A DNA stretch of 64,000 nt from Candidatus Latescibacterota bacterium (GTDB taxonomy: Bacteria; Latescibacterota; UBA2968; GCA-2709665). Below, piece by piece: positions 9,320 to 18,300 of this stretch (its first letter is position 1; each line of letters starts with the position of its first letter). The notes under the pieces are model-generated. The model did not search any database. It was not told the origin of the DNA and saw only the letters and a list, made by a program, of their open reading frames with translations. The position numbers and the translations under genes are program-made. The stretch covers positions 2,304,001-2,368,000 of the forward strand of contig CBDCOX010000002.1 in NCBI GenBank assembly GCA_965219995.1. Direction: 5' to 3'.

Positions 9320-9952
9320 CTAACGTCCTGACGGATTGGCTTTCTCGACTGCATTCCGGGCTGCGCGCGTGGCGTCTCTAACGGCATCCCTAACCGCGTT
9401 CCTGGCGGCCCTTTGGGCTTTGTAGGCGGCATCGAGCTTCATCCTGGCGTCTTCGTACATCCGCATAACCGCCTGGTAGTTCTCCCAGGCCGCAACGTTT
9501 CTTTCCCGGCCCGTCTCGTAGATCGCCCGGGCGGCTTTTGCGGCGGCATTTCTGGCGACGCTTTCCGCATTTATTGCGGCATTGTGTTCCACCATTGCAT
9601 CTTCATACATTCGTAAAGCGAACAGGAAGTTCTCCCCGGCCGCCGTAACATGCCTCTCCCGATCCGCTTCGTAAATCACGCGGGCGTCCCTATAGACCAC
9701 CCATGCGTTTCCGTATACCTCTCTTGCGTCGCTCCGGACCCGGCGCCAGGAGAAAGGCGACTTCCGTTTCTCAAACAATGTCGCATTTTCGCCTCTGTTG
9801 GCAACAATGTGTCCATACAGGGCGACATTCCATGCGATTTCCCAGGCGGCGCCTTCGGCTCTTTCCGGTTTTGGCGATTCGTTTTCGATTGCGGCTGCGT
9901 CCATTGCGAGCGTGGCGATGGCTAAGACGACGTATCGGGCTGCGCTTATCAT
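9320..9952 (-). CDS. Hypothetical exported Ala/Arg-rich helical protein with an internal repeat of about 50 aa
   Basis: AGGAG RBS, signal-peptide-like N-terminus (MISAARYVVLAIATLAMDAAA), repeated AR.IYE..RER.V.A.EN.....RMYEDA...ARNA. Confidence 0.65.
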   Translation of the reverse strand: MISAARYVVLAIATLAMDAAAIENESPKPERAEGAAWEIAWNVALYGHIVANRGENATLFEKRKSPFSWRRVRSDAREVYGNAWVVYRDARVIYEADRERHVTAAGENFLFALRMYEDAMVEHNAAINAESVARNAAAKAARAIYETGRERNVAAWENYQAVMRMYEDARMKLDAAYKAQRAARNAVRDAVRDATRAARNAVEKANPSGR

Positions 9953-10091
9953 GTTCTCTTCTCCTGGCTGCGGATTTGTGGCGCGTCTTCGGGACACAGG
10001 AACAGAACCGTCAGCGAAATTTCCAATCGTTCCGTCCCGACCAAACTCCAGCAGCGCGTCTGGCCTGGCCTTTGCCAGGCATGTGCTCCCA

Positions 10092-10119
10092 AGTGTAGCA
10101 AAATGCGACTGCATGGCAA
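10092..10119 (-). promoter_or_regulatory. Candidate sigma70 promoter overlapping a GTCGCA-TTT-TGCTAC palindrome variant
   Basis: Minus strand reads TTGCCA-N16-TACACT with a TG extended -10. Confidence 0.45.
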
Positions 10120-10190
10120 AAAAGCGGAGTGCACATCGTGGCGCTTGATCTTAAAAAAAGATTATAAAATATGGGCTTGTAGTTTCTTTG

Positions 10191-10394
10191 TTACTCAGGA
10201 AGAACGTACGGTCGGTCATAAGGGTATGACTTGCTGGAGCGGCCGCAACCCGAACACATCCGGTCATAGGACCCGTGCGATGTGAAGGCCTCGCGACAGG
10301 CCAGGCACATTCGCCGCTTGGCCGTCTCCTGGGGCAGGTCGTAAAGTTCTCGAATCCGCCGGATCAGTTCATCGCTTTCCTGTTGTCGGGTCAT
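10191..10394 (-). CDS. Small zinc-ribbon protein
   Basis: AGGAGG RBS; RRMCLACREAFTSHGSYDRMCSGC (two CxxC motifs). Confidence 0.6.
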   Translation of the reverse strand: MTRQQESDELIRRIRELYDLPQETAKRRMCLACREAFTSHGSYDRMCSGCGRSSKSYPYDRPYVLPE

Positions 10395-10766
10395 ACGCCC
10401 TCCTGCTGGTTTCAAGAGTCTTTACGGAGAAAGTGTCATCTGGCCCTGTTTCATCCCCGGCACGTCCGCTTTGGCGTTACGAATCCTTCCATTTCCTCGA
10501 CCGCCATTGCTGGAGTGAGTAGGTACAGACCTCGCAAAGCTGGCCGGAGCCTTCAATGTTTCCGAGGATGCCAGACTCTCAAGGCCGCGCTGGTCTATTG
10601 CCTTTGTCGGAACACCAGCTTTTGCTTTTCCATTCTTCAGACGCTATCGTCCCGCCAAAACCGTTGCTTTTCCTAGTGAAGTTAGCTATATCTTGTTGAG
10701 CGTCCCGAAAGTGCCGGCGTCAACCGGCAGAATGGAGTTCGTCGGATAACTTAACAGGAGCCACCC

Positions 10767-10952
10767 ATGCTCAGCACCGCTCTTGGGATCGTGAAAGAGG
10801 GCAGAATCGAAACTCTTGAACGCGTCCCTTTGCCCGAAGGCAAGCGGGTATTGGTAACGATCCTGCCGGATGATGATACCTTCTGGCAGGAAGCCAGCGG
10901 GGAATCCCTGAAGGAAATCTGGGACAATAGTGAGGACGACGTGTATGTCTGA
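10767..10952 (+). CDS. Putative type II antitoxin
   Basis: AGGAG RBS; 61 aa, G.V.EG.I..LE...LPEG.RVLVTIL N-terminus and acidic IWDNSEDDVY tail; overlaps the downstream PemK-like ORF. Confidence 0.7.
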   Translation: MLSTALGIVKEGRIETLERVPLPEGKRVLVTILPDDDTFWQEASGESLKEIWDNSEDDVYV

Positions 10953-11154
10953 TTACTTGACGAGTGATATCGTGCTCGTCCGACATCCGTTCTCCGACTT
11001 GCAGGTTTCCAAAGTACGTCCGGCCATTATTGTCAGTGCGCTCCATATTTCTCGGGATGTCTTCATTGTGCCGCTGACCAGCAGAATAACAGACCTTCTA
11101 AATAATCAATCAACCCTGATTGCGTCTCTGCGAAGTTGGCTGGACATCACGTAG
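10945..11154 (+). pseudogene. PemK/MazF-family toxin with an apparent internal deletion
   Basis: DIVLVRHPFSDLQVSKVRPAIIVS...IVPLTS is the PemK N-terminal half; only 69 aa, jumping directly to a C-terminal-like helix (SLRSWL). Confidence 0.65.
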
Positions 11155-12118
11155 ATTCCGATTCATACCTCCTCCCCGCGGCGATCATATCGGCCGCGAT
11201 CTCCTGCCTGAGGTCCTCCGGCTCGAGGACTTCGCATTCCGGCCCCCATCCCCGGATCCACGGTTTCATTTCCAGCGTGTGCTTCACGCTCAGCCGCATG
11301 GTGCATCCGCCATCGGGGTCGTCCGTCACCTCCACCATGCCCGGCCAGCCCGATTCTCGCACACGGTACGCGACCTTCGCTGAAAACCGAAGTGCGACGT
11401 CCACAACCTCGTCGCCCCCCATAATTCCCCATGATCGCTTCAGGAATTCGTACGGGTCGAACCCGCCGCGCAGCTCGTAAGCCGTCTGCAGCAATTCGGC
11501 CCGTTCAATGCGCTCCACCTTGAATTCGCGAATGGCCTTTCGCAAGTGGTCGTACCCAATGACGTAGCATGCGTACCCGACGGGTGACGGCTCGATGAAA
11601 TAGGGGTCCAGGGTGCGCTTTGTGGTCTCGCCGGTTTGCGGATTGTGATAGACCACAAGCACCTGCCGGCGTTCGGACCATGCGCGGGTCAGCGTCTCCA
11701 GAATGCGGATATGTTCGGGATCGGGCTTGCGCCGGTCGGCAGCCGCGGCGGTGCGATTGACGTGTTCGCCGATGGATTCCGGCATGGCGGTTGCGAGCTT
11801 CTCGAGGGCGGACACCACGTGCGGATTGTGTTCGTCGCTGTGCGCGGATAGCAGGCGCGCGGCAAGGTAGAGCGCCAGGGCCTCGTGCAGATTCACCTGG
11901 ACCGTGGTCAGATACCAGTCCTTCACCACGCCGAACCGTCCGTTTTCCTCCCATATCGGCGATCCCCCTTCCCCCAGAGACCGAATATCACGATACACCG
12001 AACTACGATGGACGCCGAATCGCGCGGCGAGCTCGGTCGCTGTCCTTCCCCCCGAGGATCGATAGAGATAGGTTTCAATGGCCTTCAGCCGCGCGGCGCG
12101 GCCCATCGTGCGTTTCAT
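11147..12118 (-). CDS. wHTH-WYL-WCX transcriptional regulator
   Basis: HTH (TATELAARFGVHRSSVYRDIRSL), WYL core (RTLDPY...YVIGYDHLRKAIREFKVERI), WCX (MKPWIRGWGPECEVLEPEDLR). Confidence 0.95.
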   Translation of the reverse strand: MKRTMGRAARLKAIETYLYRSSGGRTATELAARFGVHRSSVYRDIRSLGEGGSPIWEENGRFGVVKDWYLTTVQVNLHEALALYLAARLLSAHSDEHNPHVVSALEKLATAMPESIGEHVNRTAAAADRRKPDPEHIRILETLTRAWSERRQVLVVYHNPQTGETTKRTLDPYFIEPSPVGYACYVIGYDHLRKAIREFKVERIERAELLQTAYELRGGFDPYEFLKRSWGIMGGDEVVDVALRFSAKVAYRVRESGWPGMVEVTDDPDGGCTMRLSVKHTLEMKPWIRGWGPECEVLEPEDLRQEIAADMIAAGRRYESEST

Positions 12119-12149
12119 CTGAAATCATCCGTGGGAAGGTACAGCAGGA

Positions 12150-12170
12150 TTGTCGCAACTATTGCGACAA
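12150..12170. promoter_or_regulatory. Perfect inverted repeat, candidate WYL autoregulatory operator
   Basis: TTGTCGCAA-CTA-TTGCGACAA, 32 bp upstream of the WYL start. Confidence 0.65.
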
Positions 12171-12676
12171 CAAACAGGGAAATCGCTTGACATTGTTGAT
12201 TCGCGAACCGCAACCGTGGCCCCCTGCTGTACGGGTCGCGGTATCGCGCGACGACATTCTGTCTCCAATCTTCGGACGATGCCGCGCGGAGTTGACTCAC
12301 CGTCTCGACGGCAAGCGAATGTGTTGCAATTTGCGTCGATGCGTACCCAAAATTAACACATTTTTGTTGAACTATCACTGAAATAATGGCTGATTATGTT
12401 GATATTTTGGTGAATTCTTGGATTTTTCGCGCAAAGAGGCACGGATACGCAAACGCGACTCGAATCGCATGGCGTTTTTTCGACGTCGCCAACTTCTTTC
12501 AAAGCCGAAAAACGGAATTTGCATCGATTGTCAGGAATGAACTGGAAAAATACCAAACGGAAGGCAGAGGGAGGAGAGGGTGTGTCGCCTGACGGGTAGG
12601 GTGAGTGGGAGCAAACGTGCCGCCTGTTCGGATCGGGACACGTATAATTCAGGCGTGTGTTAGTCGATGCTGCAGT

Positions 12677-12715
12677 AGATCCTTCGTCAGCCTGACGGCT
12701 TCCTCAGGATGACAG
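12677..12715. repeat. Short intergenic repeat of the GATCCTTCG...CTCAGGATGAC type
   Basis: agatccttcgtcagcctgacggcttcctcaggatgacag; resembles the CTTCG...CTCAG elements at 54863 and 63941. Confidence 0.45.
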
Positions 12716-12747
12716 CGGGAGATGATGCGCAAATCAGGCAGGATGGA

Positions 12748-12781
12748 ATAAAAAACCTGCCAGTTAGTAATACTGGCAGGT
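12748..12781 (-). terminator. Rho-independent terminator
   Basis: 10-bp stem ACCTGCCAGT/ACTGGCAGGT followed on the minus strand by a T run; downstream of the 12822..13184 gene. Confidence 0.75.
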
Positions 12782-12821
12782 GATCAGATCCGGACGGCTC
12801 GAAGTATCCGGCTACGCCACT

Positions 12822-13184
12822 TCACTTCAACAGAACCGCCGGCAGCCGTTTCAATTCTTCATTGCGCGGGTCGACCTCAAATCCGCCCGATTCCAGAGCC
12901 GTAACGCCGAGCAGGGGTTCGGCGCCCGCATCCCCATATACGATCGTACCACCCACGACTTCACCTTCAATCTCGAGTTCCGCGATTGTTATGTCCATGG
13001 CGACGGATTTGCCGTCCGCAAGTATGGTTTCGCGGCTGCCTCTCGGTGTCAGCCCGATCGCATCGAGTTGCGCCCGTGGCACAAGCGAATCGAAAGCGCC
13101 TGTATCGACGAGGAATTTTCCTGTCCAACTGCGTTCTGGATCCGCGGGATTACGAATGGTGACGTCAACGTACGTCGCGCCCAT
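12822..13184 (-). CDS. Clan AA (retropepsin-like) aspartic protease
   Basis: FLVDTGA active-site motif, LADG flap, PLLGVTALE. Confidence 0.85.
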   Translation of the reverse strand: MGATYVDVTIRNPADPERSWTGKFLVDTGAFDSLVPRAQLDAIGLTPRGSRETILADGKSVAMDITIAELEIEGEVVGGTIVYGDAGAEPLLGVTALESGGFEVDPRNEELKRLPAVLLK

Positions 13185-13294
13185 TGGCCGTTCTCCATGT
13201 GAACAGGTTCACCATTGAATTCGTTAAATCATAGCGAATTCCTGCAACCGATGCAAGACGCGATCAGCATTTGTACAACAGACGGGAGCGTGTC

Positions 13295-13373
13295 CGCAGG
13301 GGCAACCGGCCGGTCGCCCCTACGGATACCGCGCATCGAGACGATTTCGTAGGGGCAACCCTTGTGGTTGCCC
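13295..13373. repeat. GTAG-type REP palindromes
   Basis: gcaggggcaaccggccggtcgcccctacgg and cgtaggggcaacccttgtggttgccc. Confidence 0.7.
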
Positions 13374-13385
13374 ACCTCGTGCCGG

Positions 13386-13703
13386 TCAGTCGATATGGAC
13401 CGCCGTGCCGCTGACCGAAACCATCAGCATGCTGCCCTCGCCGACGACTTCGTAGTCCAGATCGATGCCGACGACGGCGTTGGCGCCCGCCTGGCGGGCG
13501 GCATCCTCCATTTCACTGAACGCGATCTCGCGCGCCTGCTTCAACTCCTTCTCGTACGCCGCGGACCGTCCGCCCACGATGTCGCGAATGCCGGCGAAGA
13601 AATCCTTGAAGATGTTCGCGCCGAGAATCGCCTCGCCGGTGACGATGCCTCTATACTCACGAATGGTCTTGCCTTCAATTCCGGGTGTGGTGGTCACAAT
13701 CAT
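13386..13703 (-). CDS. YbjQ/UPF0145 family protein
   Basis: [11 protein letters not shown]...[29 protein letters not shown]...[13 protein letters not shown]...GTAV. Confidence 0.93.
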   Translation of the reverse strand: MIVTTTPGIEGKTIREYRGIVTGEAILGANIFKDFFAGIRDIVGGRSAAYEKELKQAREIAFSEMEDAARQAGANAVVGIDLDYEVVGEGSMLMVSVSGTAVHID

Positions 13704-13787
13704 GAGTATGCCCCTCCGTTTGATTAGGCGGTTGACGGCCGGGTTTCCTTTCGGCCGGTACTCGGCGCCTGCCTGAACATTAACAAC

Positions 13788-14651
13788 TTACTTGTAGCTG
13801 TTGTAGACGATCGCCAGCCAGCGGTCCGTGCTCATCCAGCCCTGGCCCCACGACCGCCACTTCTCCGGCACCCCGGCGGCCTGAATCTCTTCGAGCGTCC
13901 TGCCGGCTGCGATGGCTTCCTTCACGAGATCCGCGCACGTTTCCAGCATCTCAAGCGCCGTTCTCAGGTCGTCAGGGCCCGCGAGGGGTCCGTGGCCGGG
14001 GATTATACGCGCATCCGGTGGGATTTGTTTCAGCAGGGACCTGACGGCGTCGATGTAGCCCTGCACGTCGCCGCCGCCCCTCAGGTCGACGTAAGGAAAC
14101 CTGCCGTTGAAGAAGAGGTCGCCGGTGTGGACGACGTTCGATCCGGTAAAGAACACAACGCCGTCGCCATCGGTGTGGGCCTTCGGAAAATGTACGACGC
14201 GCAATTCCTCGCCGTTGAAGTGGATCGACAGACCTTTGTCGAAGGTGATTTCCGGTAAGGCGGCGTCGGGCAGCGGCCTGTCGTCGACACGCCTGGCTGC
14301 AAGCCTATTTCGCACGTTCCGGTGAGCGACGATGACGCCTTTCGCTCCGAAATGTGCATTTCCGCCGGTGTGGTCGCCATGGTAGTGCGTATTCAGGACG
14401 AAGGTGGGATCGCCGCCACCCAACTCCCCGATGGCAGCACGGATCTTGTCGGCCAGCGGCGCGAACTGATTGTCGACGATCAGGACGCCGTCCTCACCCA
14501 CGGACACGCCGATGTTGCCGCCGCGTCCTTCCAGCATATAGACGCGGTCGGTGAGCTTCGTGGCCTTGATCTCGACCGCGGAAAAATCCCTTTGCGCGAA
14601 TGCCGTGCCCGTTACGGCCAGTGACACGGCTATCGGTAACCATCTGGTCAT
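13788..14651 (-). CDS. Exported metallo-beta-lactamase-fold hydrolase
   Basis: Signal peptide; THYHGDHTGGN, HTDGD, GDLFF and PGHG motifs. Confidence 0.9.
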   Translation of the reverse strand: MTRWLPIAVSLAVTGTAFAQRDFSAVEIKATKLTDRVYMLEGRGGNIGVSVGEDGVLIVDNQFAPLADKIRAAIGELGGGDPTFVLNTHYHGDHTGGNAHFGAKGVIVAHRNVRNRLAARRVDDRPLPDAALPEITFDKGLSIHFNGEELRVVHFPKAHTDGDGVVFFTGSNVVHTGDLFFNGRFPYVDLRGGGDVQGYIDAVRSLLKQIPPDARIIPGHGPLAGPDDLRTALEMLETCADLVKEAIAAGRTLEEIQAAGVPEKWRSWGQGWMSTDRWLAIVYNSYK

Positions 14652-14670
14652 TGTGAAAACCCTCCTAACG

Positions 14671-14856
14671 GCGGGGAGACGTTAGACGTAAGACGTGAGA
14701 TGATATCAGTGCCCTATGGTCTTTCCAGTCGTTACGATAACGGTAGAGAAAAAGGCACGGTTAGCGTGAAAACACTGTGGTAACGTTATCCTCTACCGTC
14801 TACCGTCTACCGTCTCACCGCTTTCATCTGCCGTCTTGCGTCTCCCGTCTCCCCGC
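14671..14856. repeat. Heptamer-block composite element, locus 1
   Basis: Block of four 7-mers (gagacgt tagacgt aagacgt gagatga) at 14676-14703, an 85-bp core, then two inverted blocks at 14789-14816 and 14824-14851. Confidence 0.8.
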
Positions 14857-14860
14857 ATTG

Positions 14861-14916
14861 AAAAAAGGCCCGGGCGCTTTGGGCGACCAGCCGGTCGCCC
14901 GTACCCTGGGCCTTTT
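14861..14916. terminator. Hairpin or terminator containing a REP core
   Basis: aaaaggccc...gggcctttt outer stem enclosing gggcgacc-agcc-ggtcgccc. Confidence 0.55.
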
Positions 14917-14935
14917 CATTGTCTCGCGAACCGCT

Positions 14936-15664
14936 CTATGCCGTTCGTCCGTCGATGGTGCCGACTTCGATCTTCAATTCTTCCCGCTTCACGACGCGGT
15001 CGACGCGCCCGTCGCGCACCCAGACCACCCGATCGGAAACGCTCAGCATCTTGTGGTCGTGCGTTGCCGACACCACGGTGACGCCCGACTCCTGGTTCAT
15101 CTCCCGCAGCAGCTCGATGATTTCCGTACCGGTGCGCAAATCCAGGTTTCCGGTGGGTTCGTCGGCAAGAATCAGGGCCGGATCGTTTGCGAACGCCCGG
15201 GCAACCGCCACACGCTGCTGCTGCCCACCCGAAAGCTCGAAGGGCTTATGCGACACCCGGTCGCCCAATCCCACCTTATTCAGCAGCTCCACCCCCTTGT
15301 CCCTGGCCTCGTCGCTGGTCAGCCCGGCGAAGACCATGGGAAGCGTTACGTTTTCCAGCGCCGTCATCACAGGAATCAGATTGAACGTCTGGAAGATATA
15401 CCCGATCTTCCGGCAACGCAGCCACGCCAGTTCGTAGGCGTCGAGTTGCGCAACGTCCACGTCGTCGATGTACACCTTCCCGTCGCTGGGTTTGTCCAGC
15501 CCGCCGACCATATTGAACAGGGTGGTCTTTCCGGAGCCGGATGGCCCCATAATAGAGATGTACTCGCCCTGTTCGATTTCGATATCCACGCCCTTGAGCG
15601 CGGCTACCCGCACGTCGCCCATCTCATAGACCTTTTTCACATCCTGTGTTCTTACGACGGCCAT
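14936..15664 (-). CDS. ABC transporter ATP-binding protein (LolD/MacB type)
   Basis: GPSGSGKTT, LSGGQQQRVAVARA, LILADEPTGNLD, ATHD. Confidence 0.95.
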   Translation of the reverse strand: MAVVRTQDVKKVYEMGDVRVAALKGVDIEIEQGEYISIMGPSGSGKTTLFNMVGGLDKPSDGKVYIDDVDVAQLDAYELAWLRCRKIGYIFQTFNLIPVMTALENVTLPMVFAGLTSDEARDKGVELLNKVGLGDRVSHKPFELSGGQQQRVAVARAFANDPALILADEPTGNLDLRTGTEIIELLREMNQESGVTVVSATHDHKMLSVSDRVVWVRDGRVDRVVKREELKIEVGTIDGRTA

Positions 15665-15737
15665 CGTCGCCCTCCAGGCAAGCAAGTGAATTTCGATTGC
15701 CGCGTCTTCGTGACAGCGCGGGCTCCCGGATTCACGC

Positions 15738-16427
15738 CTAGACCTCCAGCCGCATGGCGTCGACCGGCTCCATCTTCGCGGCGCGATAGGCGGGAAGGAT
15801 TCCGCCCATCAGGGACAGAAAGGAACCGAGGACGATTGCCATCAAGCCTCGCTCCAGAATGCCGGGCCACGGCACGTAATCGATAACGGCCGTGCCATAT
15901 CCGATCCAGGACATGAGAACGGACAGCAGAAAGCCCACGCCCGCTCCAAGCACCGTGCCGGCCATTCCCATAAAGGCGGACTCGAGGATAAACAGTTTGA
16001 CAATGAATCCATCCAGCGCTCCCATGCACTTCATGGTGCCGATTTCCCGGAAGCGCTCGGTAACGGACATCAGCATCGCGTTTGTGATCCCAACCAGGCA
16101 CACCAGCAGAGAAAGTACGACGAGCCATGTGTTCTTGGCCTCCTCCTGCCGGTTGGCTTCGCTTTCCTGACTGATGTCGATCCCCTTCTGCTGCAGAATC
16201 AAGTTCATCTTCGGGTCGTTGGCGTCTCGAAGGCTGTTCACTATTGAACTGGTTGTCCATATGGACATCAGGAATGCGATGGCCAGAATGATGCTGCTCA
16301 CCGTAATCAAAGACCGTCCGAACCGGATCTTGACGCTGTTGAAGCTGATCTCAACGGCCTTTCTGACTGGCAGCTTGACCTGCGTGCCAATCTCCCGGCG
16401 GGCAGGCGAGGAATAACTTTGCGCCAT
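15738..16427 (-). CDS. FtsX-like ABC permease
   Basis: GITNAMLMSVTERFREIGTMKCMGA and PAYRAAKMEPVDAMR. Confidence 0.9.
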   Translation of the reverse strand: MAQSYSSPARREIGTQVKLPVRKAVEISFNSVKIRFGRSLITVSSIILAIAFLMSIWTTSSIVNSLRDANDPKMNLILQQKGIDISQESEANRQEEAKNTWLVVLSLLVCLVGITNAMLMSVTERFREIGTMKCMGALDGFIVKLFILESAFMGMAGTVLGAGVGFLLSVLMSWIGYGTAVIDYVPWPGILERGLMAIVLGSFLSLMGGILPAYRAAKMEPVDAMRLEV

Positions 16428-16540
16428 ACACTCCTCCCACAAGCGGATCCGTGATGCAGCCCACGCGGCGATCCGAAAATTGCACGCGTTGACAGATTTT
16501 CTCGGAATAACTGGTAAAGCCGGTGCTGTTGCCGCCTGTC

Positions 16541-18217
16541 CTATCTGACTTCCGCGTCCCGCATCGCAGGGACGTGGGTCCGTCCCTGCCGCGCTGAATA
16601 ATATGCGCGGTCCGCCAACAGTCTTTTCGCCCGATCGAACAGCTTAAGCGTCTGTACGATTTGCGGATCCTGACTTACGGCGACCCGGCCCGCCTCCCGG
16701 TCTCCCCAGCGGAACTTCGCGAAATATCTCTTCATTTGCCGCTTGATCAGATCGATGCCCGATTCGAAATCACGGTCTGTAAACGTCAGATCCGTATCCC
16801 ACTCCTTGAGGAATGCCTTGAATTCCGTGATCTCGCGAACCCCGGGCGCATATTGCTGAAAATAGGATTCAAAATCCGGATACGCAGCCGTAAACTCCGA
16901 AGCGCTCCGGCTTGCGAATTCGAAAAAGTGCCTCGGGGCCAGCCGCTGTTCAAAATCGCCGGGATGCTCCGAGTCCAGCTCCACGTCGGGCGTGATCCCG
17001 CCGCTGCCGTATACCTTGCGCTGCAATATCTGCGTAAAATAGACCGGTTGGGACAACACACTGTCCGGATCGGCGTTGGGATCGTATCCGTCGTGCGCCT
17101 CTTGCAGGTATGCCCGCCTGTCGCTGGAATAGGGACGCTGGATCGGCCGTTCGCTGGGCGTGAAGTAGCGCGCGACGGTAAGCAGCACCGCGCCCCCGTT
17201 TTTCAGCGAATACTGCTTTTGAACCAGACCCTTGCCGAACGTGGTCCGCCCGACGACGAGCCCGCGGTCGTAGTCCTGGACGGCGCCCGCCACAATCTCG
17301 GAAGCGCTGGCACTGTAGTTGTCGACCAGTACCGTCAGCGGCATATCGAGCGGTACTATCGGATCGCGATCCGCGAAATGATCTTCACGCGAACCCCGTC
17401 TGCGGCCTTCCGTATACACCAGAAGCCGGTCCTTCTCCAGGAACTGGTCGGCCACCGCCACGGCCTGCTCGAGGTACCCCCCGCTGTTGCCGCGCAAATC
17501 GAGGATCAGCTTCGCGGCGCCACCGTCGATCAGCACGTCCAGCGCGTCCTGCAACTCCCGTGAGGTGCGGCTGGAGAACCGGTCGATCTTCACGTAACCC
17601 GCGTCCGCATTCAGTTTGAACGCATACGGCACGCTGGGCACTTCAATTTTGTCACGAATAATCTCAAAGCCAAGGGGGTCGGTCACTCCGGGGCGTTGAA
17701 CCAGAACATTCACCCTGCTGCCCTTGGGACCCTTGAGACGCTTTTTCACGTCATCGGTCTTCCGAATGCCAACCACCGACACGCCGTCGATCTTTACGAT
17801 CCGGTCACCGGGCTGAAGCCCTGCCTTGTAGGCCGGAGATCCGACAATGGGGGACAAAACCGTCAGCTGGCCCGCGATGATTTCGAAATAGATCCCGATT
17901 CCCTCGAACGAGCCGCGCATCCGTTCCTGGGTGTCCTGGAGTTCCTCCGGCGAAATATAGGTTGAGTGGGGGTCCAGACGGGAAAGATAACCTTCGATTG
18001 CACCGTGATACAGTTCGACCGGATCCGTCCTTTCATAATACTGACGCCGGATCAGGTCGGCCAGCTGATCCAGGGTATGCGCCTGCATTGCCGTATTTAC
18101 GCGAGGTGGGGGATCCGCTACTGCCGTACATGGACGACCCGCCGCCCACACGATGATCAGTATGGGAACAACCCGACGTATGACCGGCATACAAACCTTT
18201 CGGAAGTCACGCGACAT
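16541..18217 (-). CDS. S41 carboxyl-terminal processing protease (PDZ)
   Basis: LDPHSTY, FEGIGI, PDZ, LILDLRGNSGG, SASASEIVAGA, GKGLVQ, GGITPD; start reassigned downstream of the GT2 gene. Confidence 0.92.
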   Translation of the reverse strand: MSRDFRKVCMPVIRRVVPILIIVWAAGRPCTAVADPPPRVNTAMQAHTLDQLADLIRRQYYERTDPVELYHGAIEGYLSRLDPHSTYISPEELQDTQERMRGSFEGIGIYFEIIAGQLTVLSPIVGSPAYKAGLQPGDRIVKIDGVSVVGIRKTDDVKKRLKGPKGSRVNVLVQRPGVTDPLGFEIIRDKIEVPSVPYAFKLNADAGYVKIDRFSSRTSRELQDALDVLIDGGAAKLILDLRGNSGGYLEQAVAVADQFLEKDRLLVYTEGRRRGSREDHFADRDPIVPLDMPLTVLVDNYSASASEIVAGAVQDYDRGLVVGRTTFGKGLVQKQYSLKNGGAVLLTVARYFTPSERPIQRPYSSDRRAYLQEAHDGYDPNADPDSVLSQPVYFTQILQRKVYGSGGITPDVELDSEHPGDFEQRLAPRHFFEFASRSASEFTAAYPDFESYFQQYAPGVREITEFKAFLKEWDTDLTFTDRDFESGIDLIKRQMKRYFAKFRWGDREAGRVAVSQDPQIVQTLKLFDRAKRLLADRAYYSARQGRTHVPAMRDAEVR

Positions 18218-18300
18218 CGACTCAGACCGCCAAAAAAGCGTTTCAACATAACGACGGCAGCCGGTGATGTCAAGGAGAAACCACATCCGCCGCGGCTCCA

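Noticed and set aside
9100-11146. Integrated element bounded by att-like WYL 3' duplications
   Set aside because: The duplication is diverged and extends into the WYL core, and there is no integrase or exact att repeat.
8780-11150. CreTA-like or mini-array degenerate CRISPR repeats near cas6
   Set aside because: I found no convincing degenerate copy of the 36-bp repeat by eye; only 6-8 nt matches.
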